Source: an uncultured Chloroflexia bacterium
GTDB lineage: Bacteria > Chloroflexota > Limnocylindria > QHBO01
Direction of reading: 5' to 3'
Length of the DNA: 64,000 bases
Assembly: GCA_963825525.1 (NCBI GenBank)
Contig: CAWGTN010000002.1
Span: forward strand, 1,440,001 to 1,504,000
The notes below the pieces were generated by a model. It saw only the letters and a program-made list of their open reading frames with translations, searched no databases and was not told where the DNA came from. Of this stretch, positions 43,660 through 56,370 are shown piece after piece. Within the stretch, counting starts at the first letter, position 1, and every line of letters begins with the position of its first letter. The position numbers and the translations under genes were made by a program.

Positions 43660-43716
43660 GGGCCACGATCGTACCCGCGATCCGGATCCGCGGCCAGTGC
43701 GGGCGCAAGCGGCAGG

Positions 43717-44853
43717 TCAGAGGGTCGGCTTGTGGGCCCGCATTCGAATCGACTGCAGGATCCCCATCCCGAACATGAGGCTGATGAGGCTCGAGCCGCC
43801 GTAGGTGACGAACGGAAGCGGGATCCCGGTGACCGGCATGACGCCGATGACCATGCCGATGTTCACCAGCACCTGGAACATGATCATGCTGGCCAGCCCG
43901 GCGGCGATCATCATTCCGAACGCGTCGCGCGCACGCCAGCCGATGAGCAGGATCCGCCACACCAGCAGACCGAACAGGGTGAGCACCACCGCGCCACCGA
44001 GGAAGCCGAGGTCCTCGGCGACCACGGTGAAGATGAAGTCCGTGGACTGGACCGGAATGTAGCCACGCTGGCCCTCCCCGCCGACCGTCAACCCCCGGCC
44101 CAGCCATCCGCCCGAGCCCACCGCGTTGAGGGCCTGGACCAGCTGGAAGCACGCACCCTGCGGATCGGCCAGCGGGTCCAGGAAGCAGAACAGCCGTTGC
44201 CGCTGATAGTCATGCAGCATGCCGACGGCGATTGGTGCGACGGCAACGATTCCGCCTGCCATGAGGCCCATCCACCCCAGGCTCGCGCCACTCAGGAAGA
44301 GCATGCCGGCCAGGATGCCGATGAAGACCAGCGCGGTGCCGAGATCGGGCTGGCGGAACACGAGGAAAGCGGGGATGGCCATGAGGGTCGCCCCGATGAG
44401 GATCGTCGACAGCCTTCCGATCCGTTCCCGACGTCCGGCGAGGAAGGCGGCCAGAACCGAGATCATGAGGACCTTGCTGACCTCGCTGAACTGGAAGTCC
44501 AGCCCGGCGACCGTCACCGACATCTGCGCCCCAAAGAGGTTGGTGCCGACCAGCATGGTGAGCGCCAACAGCCCGAGAACCACCAGGTAGATCGGCATGG
44601 CGAGCGTGCGCAGCCAGTGGTAGTCGACGCTGGCGACCACGAAGAAGAGCGTGAGCCCGATGGCGGCCCAGATGAGCGTCTTGACCGTCTCGCTGATCCC
44701 CGCCCCGCTCGACCCGTCGTTGAAGCCGGCCGAGAACCCCATCACGACGCCGAACCCGATGAGCAGGACGACGTAGAGGAGCAGCTGGAGGTCGAAGTGC
44801 CGCCAGTCCCGGCCCCGGAACGACTCGACCAGCGTGGCGGTTGCGACACCCAT
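43717..44853 (-). CDS. rodA: Rod shape-determining protein RodA (SEDS)
   Basis: FQFSEVSK, QPDLGT, YQRQR, TDFIF..AEDLG, PVTGIPLPFVTYGGSS; adjacent to PBP2. Confidence 0.93.
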   Translation of the reverse strand: MGVATATLVESFRGRDWRHFDLQLLLYVVLLIGFGVVMGFSAGFNDGSSGAGISETVKTLIWAAIGLTLFFVVASVDYHWLRTLAMPIYLVVLGLLALTMLVGTNLFGAQMSVTVAGLDFQFSEVSKVLMISVLAAFLAGRRERIGRLSTILIGATLMAIPAFLVFRQPDLGTALVFIGILAGMLFLSGASLGWMGLMAGGIVAVAPIAVGMLHDYQRQRLFCFLDPLADPQGACFQLVQALNAVGSGGWLGRGLTVGGEGQRGYIPVQSTDFIFTVVAEDLGFLGGAVVLTLFGLLVWRILLIGWRARDAFGMMIAAGLASMIMFQVLVNIGMVIGVMPVTGIPLPFVTYGGSSLISLMFGMGILQSIRMRAHKPTL

Positions 44854-44855
44854 GA

Positions 44856-46769
44856 TCAGTTCGCCGTCACGAGGCTGAAGTCATTCGGGTCCAGGCGAAG
44901 ATCCTGGTCCAGGTCGTACTGGAGCTGGAGGAAGTACTTCACGACCTCGGCGGAGACGTTGCCTGGCACAACGGCCGAGTAGTTGAAGCTGACGATCGCC
45001 AGGTCGGCGTCCGTCGCACCGGCCTGGCTGGGCAGGTAGGCAACGAACCAGGAGTGGAACGGGAGCGTCCCCTCCTCGGTCAGCTCGCCGAATTCGGCCG
45101 TGCCGGTCTTGCCGGACAGGGCCCCGGGGAGGTCCAGGTCCCGGATGTTGTACGCGTGGCCGGTCGTGATCACCTCGCGGGCGCCGATGCGCATGGTCTG
45201 CAGGGTTTCGTCCGAGGCGGCGACCTCGTGAAGCACATCGGGCTCGTACTCGCGGACCAGGTCGCCGTGCTCATCGGTCTCGCCACGGACGATCTGCGGG
45301 CGCATGAGGTGGCCGCCGTTCGCCACCGCCGCATAGGCGTTCAGGACCTGCAGCGGCGTCACGGCGATCACGTTCTGCCCGATTCCGGCCTGTGCGACCT
45401 CGCCGGTGAACACGCCTGAGCGCCCCTGTCGCCGCGCCCATTCCGTGCTGGCGATGATTCCCTCCTCCTCGCCGGGGAGGCGGATGCCGGACAGCGCGCC
45501 GAAGCCGAGCTCGCTCGCCCAGTCGGCAAGCGGATCGATCCCGGTCTCGACCGCCATCTGGTAGAAGAACGTGTCGGAGCTCTTGGCGAAGGCGCCGACC
45601 ATGTCGAGCGGGCCGAAGCCCTGGCGGTTCCAGTCGTAGAGGCATTCGCCCTCCGGCGCGCCGGGGATCTGGTAGCAGCCGTAGGTCGGCCACTCTCTGG
45701 CGGGCGTGGTCACGCCCTCCTCCATGGCCGCGATGCCGGTGACGAGCTTGTACGTGGAGCCGGGCGGATAGATGTCGCTGATCGCGTGGTTGCGGAGGGG
45801 ACGCGCGGCATCGGCGAGGTAGACGTTGAAGTCGTCGGTGCTGATCCCGCGTGCGAACTTGTTGTTGTCATAGGCGGGCAGCGAGACCATGGCCAGGATC
45901 TCGCCGGTCTGTGGGTTCATGACCACCGTCACGCCCTGGCTGACGCCGGCGACCTCCATGCCCCACGTCAACGCCTGGGTTGCCCGGCGCTGGATGTCGG
46001 CGTCGATGGTCAGCATGAGGTTGGCGCCGGGCACCGGCTCGGTGAGCGTGCGGATGACCTTGAGCTGCCGGCCCGAGGCGTCCCGCTCCACGAGCTGCGA
46101 CCCGTACCGGCCGCGCAGCTCCTCCTCGAACGAGGCCTCGACCCCGGCCCGACCGATGATGTCGTCCGGCAGATAGCCCTCGTCCCTCAGGGCCGCGAGC
46201 TCGTCCCGGTTCACCGGTCCGGTGTAGCCGACGACGTGCGCCAGGAGCTGGCCGTTCTCGGCACCGGTCTCGTCCAGGTACTGGCGGATGGGGTCGACCG
46301 CCACGACCACTCCCGGGAGCGTTGCCGCTTCCTCACCGATGATGAGCGCCGCCTCCCGGCTCACGCCGCGGGCGACGGGTACAAGGTCGAACGGCGAGCC
46401 GACGAACGCATCGAGACGATCGGCGATGGCGCTGCGATCGACGCCGGCAATGCGGGCGATGCGATTGAGAACACGGTGGCGCTCGATCTCCGGCAGGTCG
46501 GCCGGGCGAATCTTGACGGTCCACGACGGGATGCTCACGGCGACCGGGCGGCCGTTGCGGTCGAAGATCAGGCCCCGCGGAGCGGGGATCGCCACCTCCA
46601 CCGTCCGGTCGGCTGCCGCCCGACCCGCGTAGACGTCGCCGTTCACGATCTGAAGCTGGAACAGCCTTCCACCGAGGGCCAGGAGCAACAGGGCCGCGAT
46701 GACCGAGAAGGCGGTGAATCGTGCCCGCGAGCGCGGCAGATCCACGCGGCCGTCGTTCAGGTCCGCCAT
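44856..46769 (-). CDS. mrdA: Penicillin-binding protein 2
   Basis: APRGLIFDRNG, YPPGSTYK (SxxK), SSD, KTGTAE. Confidence 0.92.
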   Translation of the reverse strand: MADLNDGRVDLPRSRARFTAFSVIAALLLLALGGRLFQLQIVNGDVYAGRAAADRTVEVAIPAPRGLIFDRNGRPVAVSIPSWTVKIRPADLPEIERHRVLNRIARIAGVDRSAIADRLDAFVGSPFDLVPVARGVSREAALIIGEEAATLPGVVVAVDPIRQYLDETGAENGQLLAHVVGYTGPVNRDELAALRDEGYLPDDIIGRAGVEASFEEELRGRYGSQLVERDASGRQLKVIRTLTEPVPGANLMLTIDADIQRRATQALTWGMEVAGVSQGVTVVMNPQTGEILAMVSLPAYDNNKFARGISTDDFNVYLADAARPLRNHAISDIYPPGSTYKLVTGIAAMEEGVTTPAREWPTYGCYQIPGAPEGECLYDWNRQGFGPLDMVGAFAKSSDTFFYQMAVETGIDPLADWASELGFGALSGIRLPGEEEGIIASTEWARRQGRSGVFTGEVAQAGIGQNVIAVTPLQVLNAYAAVANGGHLMRPQIVRGETDEHGDLVREYEPDVLHEVAASDETLQTMRIGAREVITTGHAYNIRDLDLPGALSGKTGTAEFGELTEEGTLPFHSWFVAYLPSQAGATDADLAIVSFNYSAVVPGNVSAEVVKYFLQLQYDLDQDLRLDPNDFSLVTAN

Positions 46770-46776
46770 GAGGGCC

Positions 46777-47274
46777 TCACCAGGCGGGCGCTTCCTCCGG
46801 CGCCCAGCGCAGGACCAGCGCGCGTGCCGGGTAGATCAGGATGGCGACGACGACGGCGTTGAGGGCGGCCGCCCGCAGCAACAGATCAAGAGGCGGTGCG
46901 GCCGGAACGGCGTCGGTGACCATCTGCGAGATGAGCAGCGAGCCGACATCAGCCACGACGGACCCTGTGAATGCAGCGAGCACCGGATAGATCCATACGA
47001 GCCGACCGAAGGCGCGCGCACCGCCCGAGACCAGGACGGCCACGGTGAGCATGATCAAGGGCACCGATCCGAGGGGCTCGCCGACCAGCAGGTTCGCCGT
47101 CAGGCCCGCCACGAATGCCCACACCACTCCGGGCATGAAGCCGGCGATGCAAGTCACCAGGACGACCGACACCAGGACCAGGTTGGGCTTGACCCCGGCG
47201 ACCACGATGACCGGGGCCAGCGAGGCATGGAGGATGCCTGCGACGACGGCGAGGAGTGGGCTGATGTAGGTGAT
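46777..47274 (-). CDS. mreD: Rod shape-determining protein MreD (start uncertain)
   Basis: GVKPNLVLVSVV...WAFVAGL; the hydrophobic in-frame sequence extends to ATC 47274; lies upstream of mrdA. Confidence 0.78.
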   Translation of the reverse strand: MTYISPLLAVVAGILHASLAPVIVVAGVKPNLVLVSVVLVTCIAGFMPGVVWAFVAGLTANLLVGEPLGSVPLIMLTVAVLVSGGARAFGRLVWIYPVLAAFTGSVVADVGSLLISQMVTDAVPAAPPLDLLLRAAALNAVVVAILIYPARALVLRWAPEEAPAW

Positions 47275-47356
47275 CGCTGGGGTCCCCGGTGATGGCTGCT
47301 GCGGTCTCGTTGGCGTCGCAAAGTATACGGCGGGTGGTCTGCCGGCAGTCCCTCGA

Positions 47357-47365
47357 TGTGGATAA
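47357..47365 (-). promoter_or_regulatory. DnaA box
   Basis: TGTGGATAA = perfect TTATCCACA on the minus strand. Confidence 0.6.
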
Positions 47366-47366
47366 G

Positions 47367-47382
47367 TGATTCACGTGAAACA
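47367..47382. promoter_or_regulatory. parS: parS centromere site
   Basis: TGATTCACGTGAAACA, 15/16 to TGTTTCACGTGAAACA, upstream of parAB. Confidence 0.85.
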
Positions 47383-47421
47383 CCCGCGGGAGCCAGCTAA
47401 GAGGGGTGTCGAAAGACCGCC

Positions 47422-47437
47422 TGTCCCACGTGAAACT
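47422..47437. promoter_or_regulatory. parS: Second, degenerate parS site
   Basis: TGTCCCACGTGAAACT, 13/16 match; abuts -10 TAGAAT at 47440. Confidence 0.7.
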
Positions 47438-47476
47438 GGTAGAATTGGGCTCAATAGAACTCGCAGCGGAGCACTC

Positions 47477-48230
47477 GTGGTCCGGGTCACGGCCTGTACG
47501 AACCAAAAGGGCGGCGTCGGAAAGACGACCACGGTCATCAACCTCGCAGCCTTCCTCGCGCTCTCCGGCACACGAACGCTCGTCATCGACCTCGATCCCC
47601 AGGGAAATGCGACCAGCGGCCTGGGTATCGATCGGCGATCGGTTAGCGGCTCCACCTACAACGCGCTGGTGGATCGCGTTCCGATCTCCGAGCTGGTGGT
47701 GCGAACCTCGGTGGAGGGTCTGGACCTCGTTCCGTCCGCGCCGGCGCTCTCGGGAGCCGAAGTCGAGCTGGTTGGCGCTACAGCGCGCGAGCGGCGACTG
47801 ACCGCGAGCCTGGCGGAGCTCAACGGGAATTACGAACGGGTGCTCATCGACTGTCCGCCATCGCTGGGACTCCTGACGCTCAACGCGCTGACGGCGGCCG
47901 ATGGAGTGCTGATCCCAATCCAGACCGAGTACTACGCCCTGGAGGGCCTGAGCCAGCTGGTGAACACCATCCGACGCGTCCGCGAAGGGCTGAACCCGCG
48001 CCTCGAGATCGAGGGCGTTCTGCTCACCATGTACGACGCACGAACGAATCTGTCGGCGCAGGTTGCGCGCGAGGTCCGAAGACACATGAACGGCAGCGTG
48101 TACGAGACCGTCGTTCCGCGCAGCGTCCGGCTGTCCGAGGCACCGAGCCATGGCGTCCCGATCGCGATCTACGACCCATCGTCTCGCGGCGCCAACGCGT
48201 ATCGCGACCTGGCAGGTGAGGTGACCGCCC

Positions 48231-48238
<8 letters not shown>
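47477..48238 (+). CDS. parA: Chromosome partitioning ATPase ParA/Soj
   Basis: NQKGGVGKTTT, DLDPQGNAT, DCPPSLGLLT, EYYALEG, EAPSHG. Confidence 0.95.
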
Positions 48239-51133
<2,895 letters not shown>

Positions 51134-51150
51134 AAGGCAGTCAGGGACCG

Positions 51151-51405
51151 ATGCCATCACGACACGCGGCCGACCTCAGGCAGGTCGCGAACAAGACGGG
51201 ACGCTCGCTCGACGAATGGTGCGAGCTGCTCGAGGCCAATGGGGTTGGCGACCGCCGCGAGGCGGTCAACATGCTCCGGGACTCGTATGCGGTGAGCCAC
51301 GCGTTCGCGCTGGCCATCGCCGACCAGTGTCTGCGCCGCTCGGACGACGCGGACGAGTGGGGCAGCGATCAGTACGACGAAGAGGAAGGCTCGGACCGCT
51401 GGTAG
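51151..51405 (+). CDS. DUF4287-like small protein
   Basis: KTGRSLDEW...L...Y.VSHAFA pattern. Confidence 0.6.
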   Translation: MPSRHAADLRQVANKTGRSLDEWCELLEANGVGDRREAVNMLRDSYAVSHAFALAIADQCLRRSDDADEWGSDQYDEEEGSDRW

Positions 51406-51407
51406 TC

Positions 51408-51920
51408 ATGGAGGACAATGCGCGAAGCATCGGAGACAGCCGCTCGATCGTGGCAGCGGATGGGCGGCGCTACGCGTTCGCCGATCACAACTGCTTCGCG
51501 TGCGGCGGCGAAAATCCGATCGGCATGCGCCTGCACATCGAGCTCGGCGAAGGCAGCGCCCGCGCCACCTGGACCGCCGGCGACAACTACGTCGGCTGGA
51601 GCGACAAGGTCCACGGCGGAATCATCGCCACGCTCCTCGATGAGGTGATGGCCTGGGCGCCCTCGAGCTACGACTCGTGGGCGGTGACGGCCGAGATGTC
51701 AGTCCGCTACCGATCGTCGGCGCTGCCGGGCGAGGAGTTGGCGGCAACCGGACGCGTGACGGAGCGACGGCGACGGATCTACACGGTCGCCGGCGAGGTT
51801 CGCGGTGCGGATGGCCGCCTCATCGCCGAAGGCCGAGGCCGCTACCTGGGAGCATCTCCATCGCAGAAGGCGGAGCTCAAGCAGCGATACGGCCAGGCGC
51901 CGGGTACGGCCGGCGAATGA
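51408..51920 (+). CDS. PaaI-family hot-dog thioesterase
   Basis: CFACGGENPIG, VHGGIIATLLDE. Confidence 0.85.
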   Translation: MEDNARSIGDSRSIVAADGRRYAFADHNCFACGGENPIGMRLHIELGEGSARATWTAGDNYVGWSDKVHGGIIATLLDEVMAWAPSSYDSWAVTAEMSVRYRSSALPGEELAATGRVTERRRRIYTVAGEVRGADGRLIAEGRGRYLGASPSQKAELKQRYGQAPGTAGE

Positions 51921-51977
51921 GCACGAACATGACAGGCGCGACATTCGCGACATTCGCGACAATGAGGACATAGACCG

Positions 51978-54488
51978 ATGGAAATGGAACGGATCGGCAA
52001 CGTGCGGCCGGTCGCGATCGAAGACGAGATGCGGACCGCGTACATCGACTACGCGATGAGCGTCATCGTCTCGCGCGCGTTGCCCGACGTGCGCGACGGA
52101 CTCAAGCCCGTCCATCGGCGAATTCTCTACACGATGCACGAGATGGGCCTTCGCTCGAACGCCGCCTATCGGAAGTGCGCGGGCGTGGTCGGCGAGACGA
52201 TGGCCAAGTACCACCCCCATGGTGACCTGGCGCTGTACGAGACGCTGGTGCGCATGGCCCAGGACTTCAGCCTGCGTTACCCGCTGGTCGACGGCCAGGG
52301 CAACTTCGGCTCGGTGGACGGCGACCCGCCCGCCGCCATGCGGTACACCGAGGCGCGGATGAGCGCCATCACCGACGAGATGCTGGCGGACATCGAGAAG
52401 GAGACCGTCGACTTCGTCGAGAACTACGACGGCCGCCTGCGCCAGCCGACCGTCCTGCCGTCGAGGTTGCCGAACCTGCTGGTCAACGGCTCCTCCGGGA
52501 TCGCCGTCGGGATGGCCACGAACATTCCGCCGCACCACCTCAACGAGATCTGCGACGCCATCGCCGCCCTCATCGACAACCCCGACATGAGCGTCGACGA
52601 CCTGTGCGAGATCGTCACCGGGCCCGACTTCCCGACCGGCGGCACGATCTTCCGCTACGAAGAGAACCGGAACCCGATGACGGGCGAGAAGGAACGCGTC
52701 GACGCCATCCGTCACCTCTATGCGACCGGCCGTGGCCGAATCGTCGTCCGCGGACAGGTTGCCTTCGAGGAGGCCCGAGGCGGCATGGCCGTCGTCATCA
52801 CCGAGCTGCCGTACCAGGTCAACAAGACCACCCTGATCGAGAAGATGGCGGATCTCGTGGCGTCGAAGAAGATCACCGACGTACGCGACCTTCGCGACGA
52901 AAGCGACAGGGACGGCATGCGGATCGTGGTGGAGGTCAAGCGCGACGGTTCGCCGCACACCGTCATGCAGCAGCTCTTCAAGCACACGCCGCTCCAGACC
53001 ACCTTCAGCGCCAACATGCTCGCGCTCGTCGACGGCCAGCCGCAGACGCTGGGCCTCAAGAAGATGCTTGAGCACTACATCACGCACCGCCGCGACATCG
53101 TGCGGCGTCGGACCGAGTTCGACCTGGCGCGTGCCAAGGAGCGTGCCCACGTCCTCGAGGGGCTGAAGATCGCCCTCGACAACCTCGACGAGGTCATCGC
53201 CACCATTCGGGCCGCTGCCGACGTCGACACCGCGCGTGCAGCGCTCATGAAGCGCTTCGGACTGTCCGACGTCCAGGCCAATGCCATCCTTGAGATGCAG
53301 CTGCGGCGGCTGGCGGCACTCGAGCGCAAGAAGATCGAGGACGAGTACAAGGCCATCATCCAGCTCATCAGCGAGCTCGAGGATCTCCTTGCCAACCCCC
53401 GCAAGATCCTGCTCGTCATCAAGGAGGAGCTTGCGGCGCTCGCGAAGCGCTACGGCGACGAACGGAAGACGCGGATCCAGGCCGATGCCAACCGCGAGCT
53501 GACCGCCGAGGACCTCGTGCAGGCCGAGGACGTGGTCGTCACCCTCAGCCAGCGCGGCTACATCAAGCGCCAGCCGATCAGCACGTTCCGCTCTCAGCGT
53601 CGCGGAGGGCGCGGCAAGCTCGCCATGCTGACGCGCGAGGAGGACGCGGTCCGCCACCTGCTGGTGGCGAACACGCACGACAACATCCTCTTCTTCACGA
53701 ATCGCGGCCGCGTGTTCATCACCAAGGTGCACACGCTGCCCGATGCGTCACGACAGGCGAAGGGCCTGCCGATCATCAACCTGCCGGGCGTGCAGGTGGA
53801 GCAGCGCGAGTACGTGAGCGCCATCATCAGCCTCCCGCAGTTCGAGCCGGGCAACTACCTCGTCATGGCCACGCGGCGCGGCATGATCAAGAAGACGTCG
53901 CTCGAGGACTACGCCAAGATCCGCGCCAACGGGCTCATCGCCATCAACCTCCTCGACGGCGACGAGCTCCAGTGGGTCGGCCTGTCCGATGGCCAGAACG
54001 ACATCATCGTCGCCACCCGGAAGGGACAGGCCGCGCGCTTCAAGGAGTCCGAGGTCCGGCCGCTGGGTCGCGGGACACAGGGCGTGACGGCAATCCGGCT
54101 CAAGAAGGACGACGAGGTCATCGGCATGGAGGTCGTCGAGCACCTCGAGGAGCAGCTCCTGGTCGTGACCGAGCAGGGCTTCGGGAAGCGGACCGACGTC
54201 TCCGACTTCCCCGTGAAGCATCGGGCCACCGGCGGCGTCATCGCCAACTCGCTGAACAAGGAGACCGGCGACGTGGCCGCGATCCGGCTGGTCGGCAAGG
54301 AGGACGAGGAGCTCATGCTGATCACCGAGTTCGGCACGATCCTGCGGACCGAGGTCGGCGGCATCAACCGCTACCGACGAGCGTCGCGCGGGGTCACCGT
54401 CATGAAGCCGCAGGACGGTGACCACATCGTCAGCATCACGGTCTTCGTCGACGATCGCGTGCCGGAAGAGGTACCGGAGGGGGAGTAG
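51978..54488 (+). CDS. gyrA: DNA gyrase subunit A
   Basis: [23 protein letters not shown], GyrA-box QRRGGRG. Confidence 0.97.
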   Translation: MEMERIGNVRPVAIEDEMRTAYIDYAMSVIVSRALPDVRDGLKPVHRRILYTMHEMGLRSNAAYRKCAGVVGETMAKYHPHGDLALYETLVRMAQDFSLRYPLVDGQGNFGSVDGDPPAAMRYTEARMSAITDEMLADIEKETVDFVENYDGRLRQPTVLPSRLPNLLVNGSSGIAVGMATNIPPHHLNEICDAIAALIDNPDMSVDDLCEIVTGPDFPTGGTIFRYEENRNPMTGEKERVDAIRHLYATGRGRIVVRGQVAFEEARGGMAVVITELPYQVNKTTLIEKMADLVASKKITDVRDLRDESDRDGMRIVVEVKRDGSPHTVMQQLFKHTPLQTTFSANMLALVDGQPQTLGLKKMLEHYITHRRDIVRRRTEFDLARAKERAHVLEGLKIALDNLDEVIATIRAAADVDTARAALMKRFGLSDVQANAILEMQLRRLAALERKKIEDEYKAIIQLISELEDLLANPRKILLVIKEELAALAKRYGDERKTRIQADANRELTAEDLVQAEDVVVTLSQRGYIKRQPISTFRSQRRGGRGKLAMLTREEDAVRHLLVANTHDNILFFTNRGRVFITKVHTLPDASRQAKGLPIINLPGVQVEQREYVSAIISLPQFEPGNYLVMATRRGMIKKTSLEDYAKIRANGLIAINLLDGDELQWVGLSDGQNDIIVATRKGQAARFKESEVRPLGRGTQGVTAIRLKKDDEVIGMEVVEHLEEQLLVVTEQGFGKRTDVSDFPVKHRATGGVIANSLNKETGDVAAIRLVGKEDEELMLITEFGTILRTEVGGINRYRRASRGVTVMKPQDGDHIVSITVFVDDRVPEEVPEGE

Positions 54489-54524
54489 GTCGAGGCTTCG
54501 GCCCACCGAGCAGCGGTCGGGACT

Positions 54525-54881
54525 CTACCGCGACTTCGGCGACTTCGGCGCCTTGACGGGGAGCGAGGCCGCGTAGGCCACGCCACGCTGGACCCACTCC
54601 GCCAGTGCCTCATCGGTGCGGACCGCATCGGCGTCGATGTGCAGCCACCCCGGCATGGGACGCCCACGCATCTCCATCGGCTTGGCGACCCCCTCGCCGG
54701 CGCGCTGCGGCGATTGGCTCGGATCCGTCCGCACCATGATGCCGCCCTGACCGTTTGCGGCCACCGCCATGTTGCCGCCGATGAGAAATGCCAGCCCGCC
54801 GAACATCCTCTGCTCGCGCAGGTCCTGCTGCTCGCGGATCAGCTCGCGAATCCGGGCAGCAAGGCTCTCGTCGTATGCCAT
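54525..54881 (-). CDS. TfoX N-terminal domain protein
   Basis: MAYDESLAARIR...EQRMFGGLAFLIGGNM...MRGRPMPGW. Confidence 0.82.
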   Translation of the reverse strand: MAYDESLAARIRELIREQQDLREQRMFGGLAFLIGGNMAVAANGQGGIMVRTDPSQSPQRAGEGVAKPMEMRGRPMPGWLHIDADAVRTDEALAEWVQRGVAYAASLPVKAPKSPKSR

Positions 54882-54921
54882 GTGCTCATCGTAGTGCGCG
54901 GGCGTGCCACCGACCAACTCA

Positions 54922-54990
54922 ATCCGGGCTGAGCTCGAAGTACTCATCCGGGTTGGCCCCTCGAGTACCCGATCCGGGTTGCCCCTCGAA
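54922..54990. repeat. Three imperfect ~25-bp direct repeats abutting the REP-like element
   Basis: ATCCGGGCTGAGCTCGAAGTAC / ATCCGGGTTGGCCCCTCGAGTAC / ATCCGGGTTGCCCCTCGAA. Confidence 0.65.
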
Positions 54991-55163
54991 AGATCGAGTG
55001 GGGTTTCACCCAGGCCCCCGTTGGCGTGCGGATCCCTCGGTATATCGAGCGCTGACACGCGTGAACGGCGCGCGGCGGAGCACCCCATGCGTGTGGGCAC
55101 TCGATATATCGAGCATTTGACGCCCAACTGCCCCCTCCCGTGAAGATCCCGCGAAATATCGAG
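54985..55163. repeat. Four-arm REP/BIME-like element family 2, copy 2
   Basis: Arms 54985-55009, 55026-55049 (inverted), 55100-55123, 55140-55163 (inverted); 16/50/16-nt spacers as in copy 1. Confidence 0.78.
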
Positions 55164-55309
55164 GCCGGCGCGCGGCGTCCAGGGCAGCGGCGAACTGGGA
55201 GTGAACCGGCCGAGGCTCAAGCGCCTCGTGGACAACAATGCGCGAGCGGGGACGCCGACGTCCGGTAGAATCAACCGAGCCTGACCCCAGCGCCGCAGGA
55301 GACGACGCC

Positions 55310-56344
55310 GTGTACGCCGACGAGTTCAGTATCTACGCCGGCAACGCGAATCGGCCGCTCGCCGAGCGCATCACGCGCTACCTCAAGACCCAGCTCGGCG
55401 AGGTCGAGGTGTTCCAGTTCGCGAACGAGAACATCTTCGTCCGGGTCATGGAGAACGTCCGCGAGCAGGATGTCTTCCTGGTCCAGCCCACCAGCCGGCC
55501 CGTGAACCAGTCGATCATGGAGCTCCTGATCATGATCGACGCGTTCAAGCGCGCATCGGCCGGGCGCATCACGGCCGTCATCCCGCACTACAGCTACGGT
55601 CGCTCCGACAAGAAGGACCAGCCGCGGGTGCCGATCACGGCGCGCCTCATCGCCGACATGCTGACCGTCGCCGGAGCTGACCGCGTCCTCACCATGGACC
55701 TGCACCAGGGTCAGATCCAGGGCTTCTTCAGCATCCCGGTGGACGAGCTGACCGCGGTCAACCTCATCTGCGCCCACATCAAGTCGAAGCAGCTCGACGA
55801 CATCGTGGTCGTCTCCGAGCTGGGATTCGCGAAGAAGGCTCGAAACTTCGCCGAGCTCCTGTCCGCGCCCCTGGCCATCGTCGAGAAGCGCCGGCTGGGC
55901 AACGAGGATCGAACCGAGGTGATGAACATCATCGGCGAGGTCGGCGGCAAGACGGCGGTGATCATCGATGACGAGGTCGACACCGCGGGATCGCTGATGG
56001 AGGCGGTCGGCGCGCTCCAGGCGGCCGGCGCGCGCGCGATCTACAGCTGCGCGACGCACGGTGTCTTCTCCGGCTCCGCACTCGAGCGCATCGCCAACTC
56101 GCCCCTCACCGAGGTCATCGTCACCGACACGATTCCATTGCCGCCGGAAGCCGACGATCCGCGCATCACGGTGCTCAGTGTGGCGCCACTCTTCGGCGAG
56201 GCGATCCGCCGCATCCACCGCGGCGAAAGCGTCGGCGCGCTCTTCAGCTCCGAGGTCCAGCTCGTGGAGGAGATGACGTTCTGGGACGAGGACGCCGACG
56301 ACGAGCCGATCGTCGAACCCTTCCAGGTGAGCGCGGGCGCCTGA
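55310..56344 (+). CDS. prs: Ribose-phosphate pyrophosphokinase
   Basis: FANENI.V, YGRSDKK, MDLHQGQIQGFF, IIDDEVDTAGS, ATHGVFSG; AGGAG RBS. Confidence 0.93.
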   Translation: MYADEFSIYAGNANRPLAERITRYLKTQLGEVEVFQFANENIFVRVMENVREQDVFLVQPTSRPVNQSIMELLIMIDAFKRASAGRITAVIPHYSYGRSDKKDQPRVPITARLIADMLTVAGADRVLTMDLHQGQIQGFFSIPVDELTAVNLICAHIKSKQLDDIVVVSELGFAKKARNFAELLSAPLAIVEKRRLGNEDRTEVMNIIGEVGGKTAVIIDDEVDTAGSLMEAVGALQAAGARAIYSCATHGVFSGSALERIANSPLTEVIVTDTIPLPPEADDPRITVLSVAPLFGEAIRRIHRGESVGALFSSEVQLVEEMTFWDEDADDEPIVEPFQVSAGA

Positions 56345-56370
56345 AACCGGGATCAGCCTAGACTGGGAGC

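Noticed and set aside
47300-47476. oriC
   Set aside because: Only one DnaA box, no AT-rich unwinding element, and no dnaA/dnaN in the window
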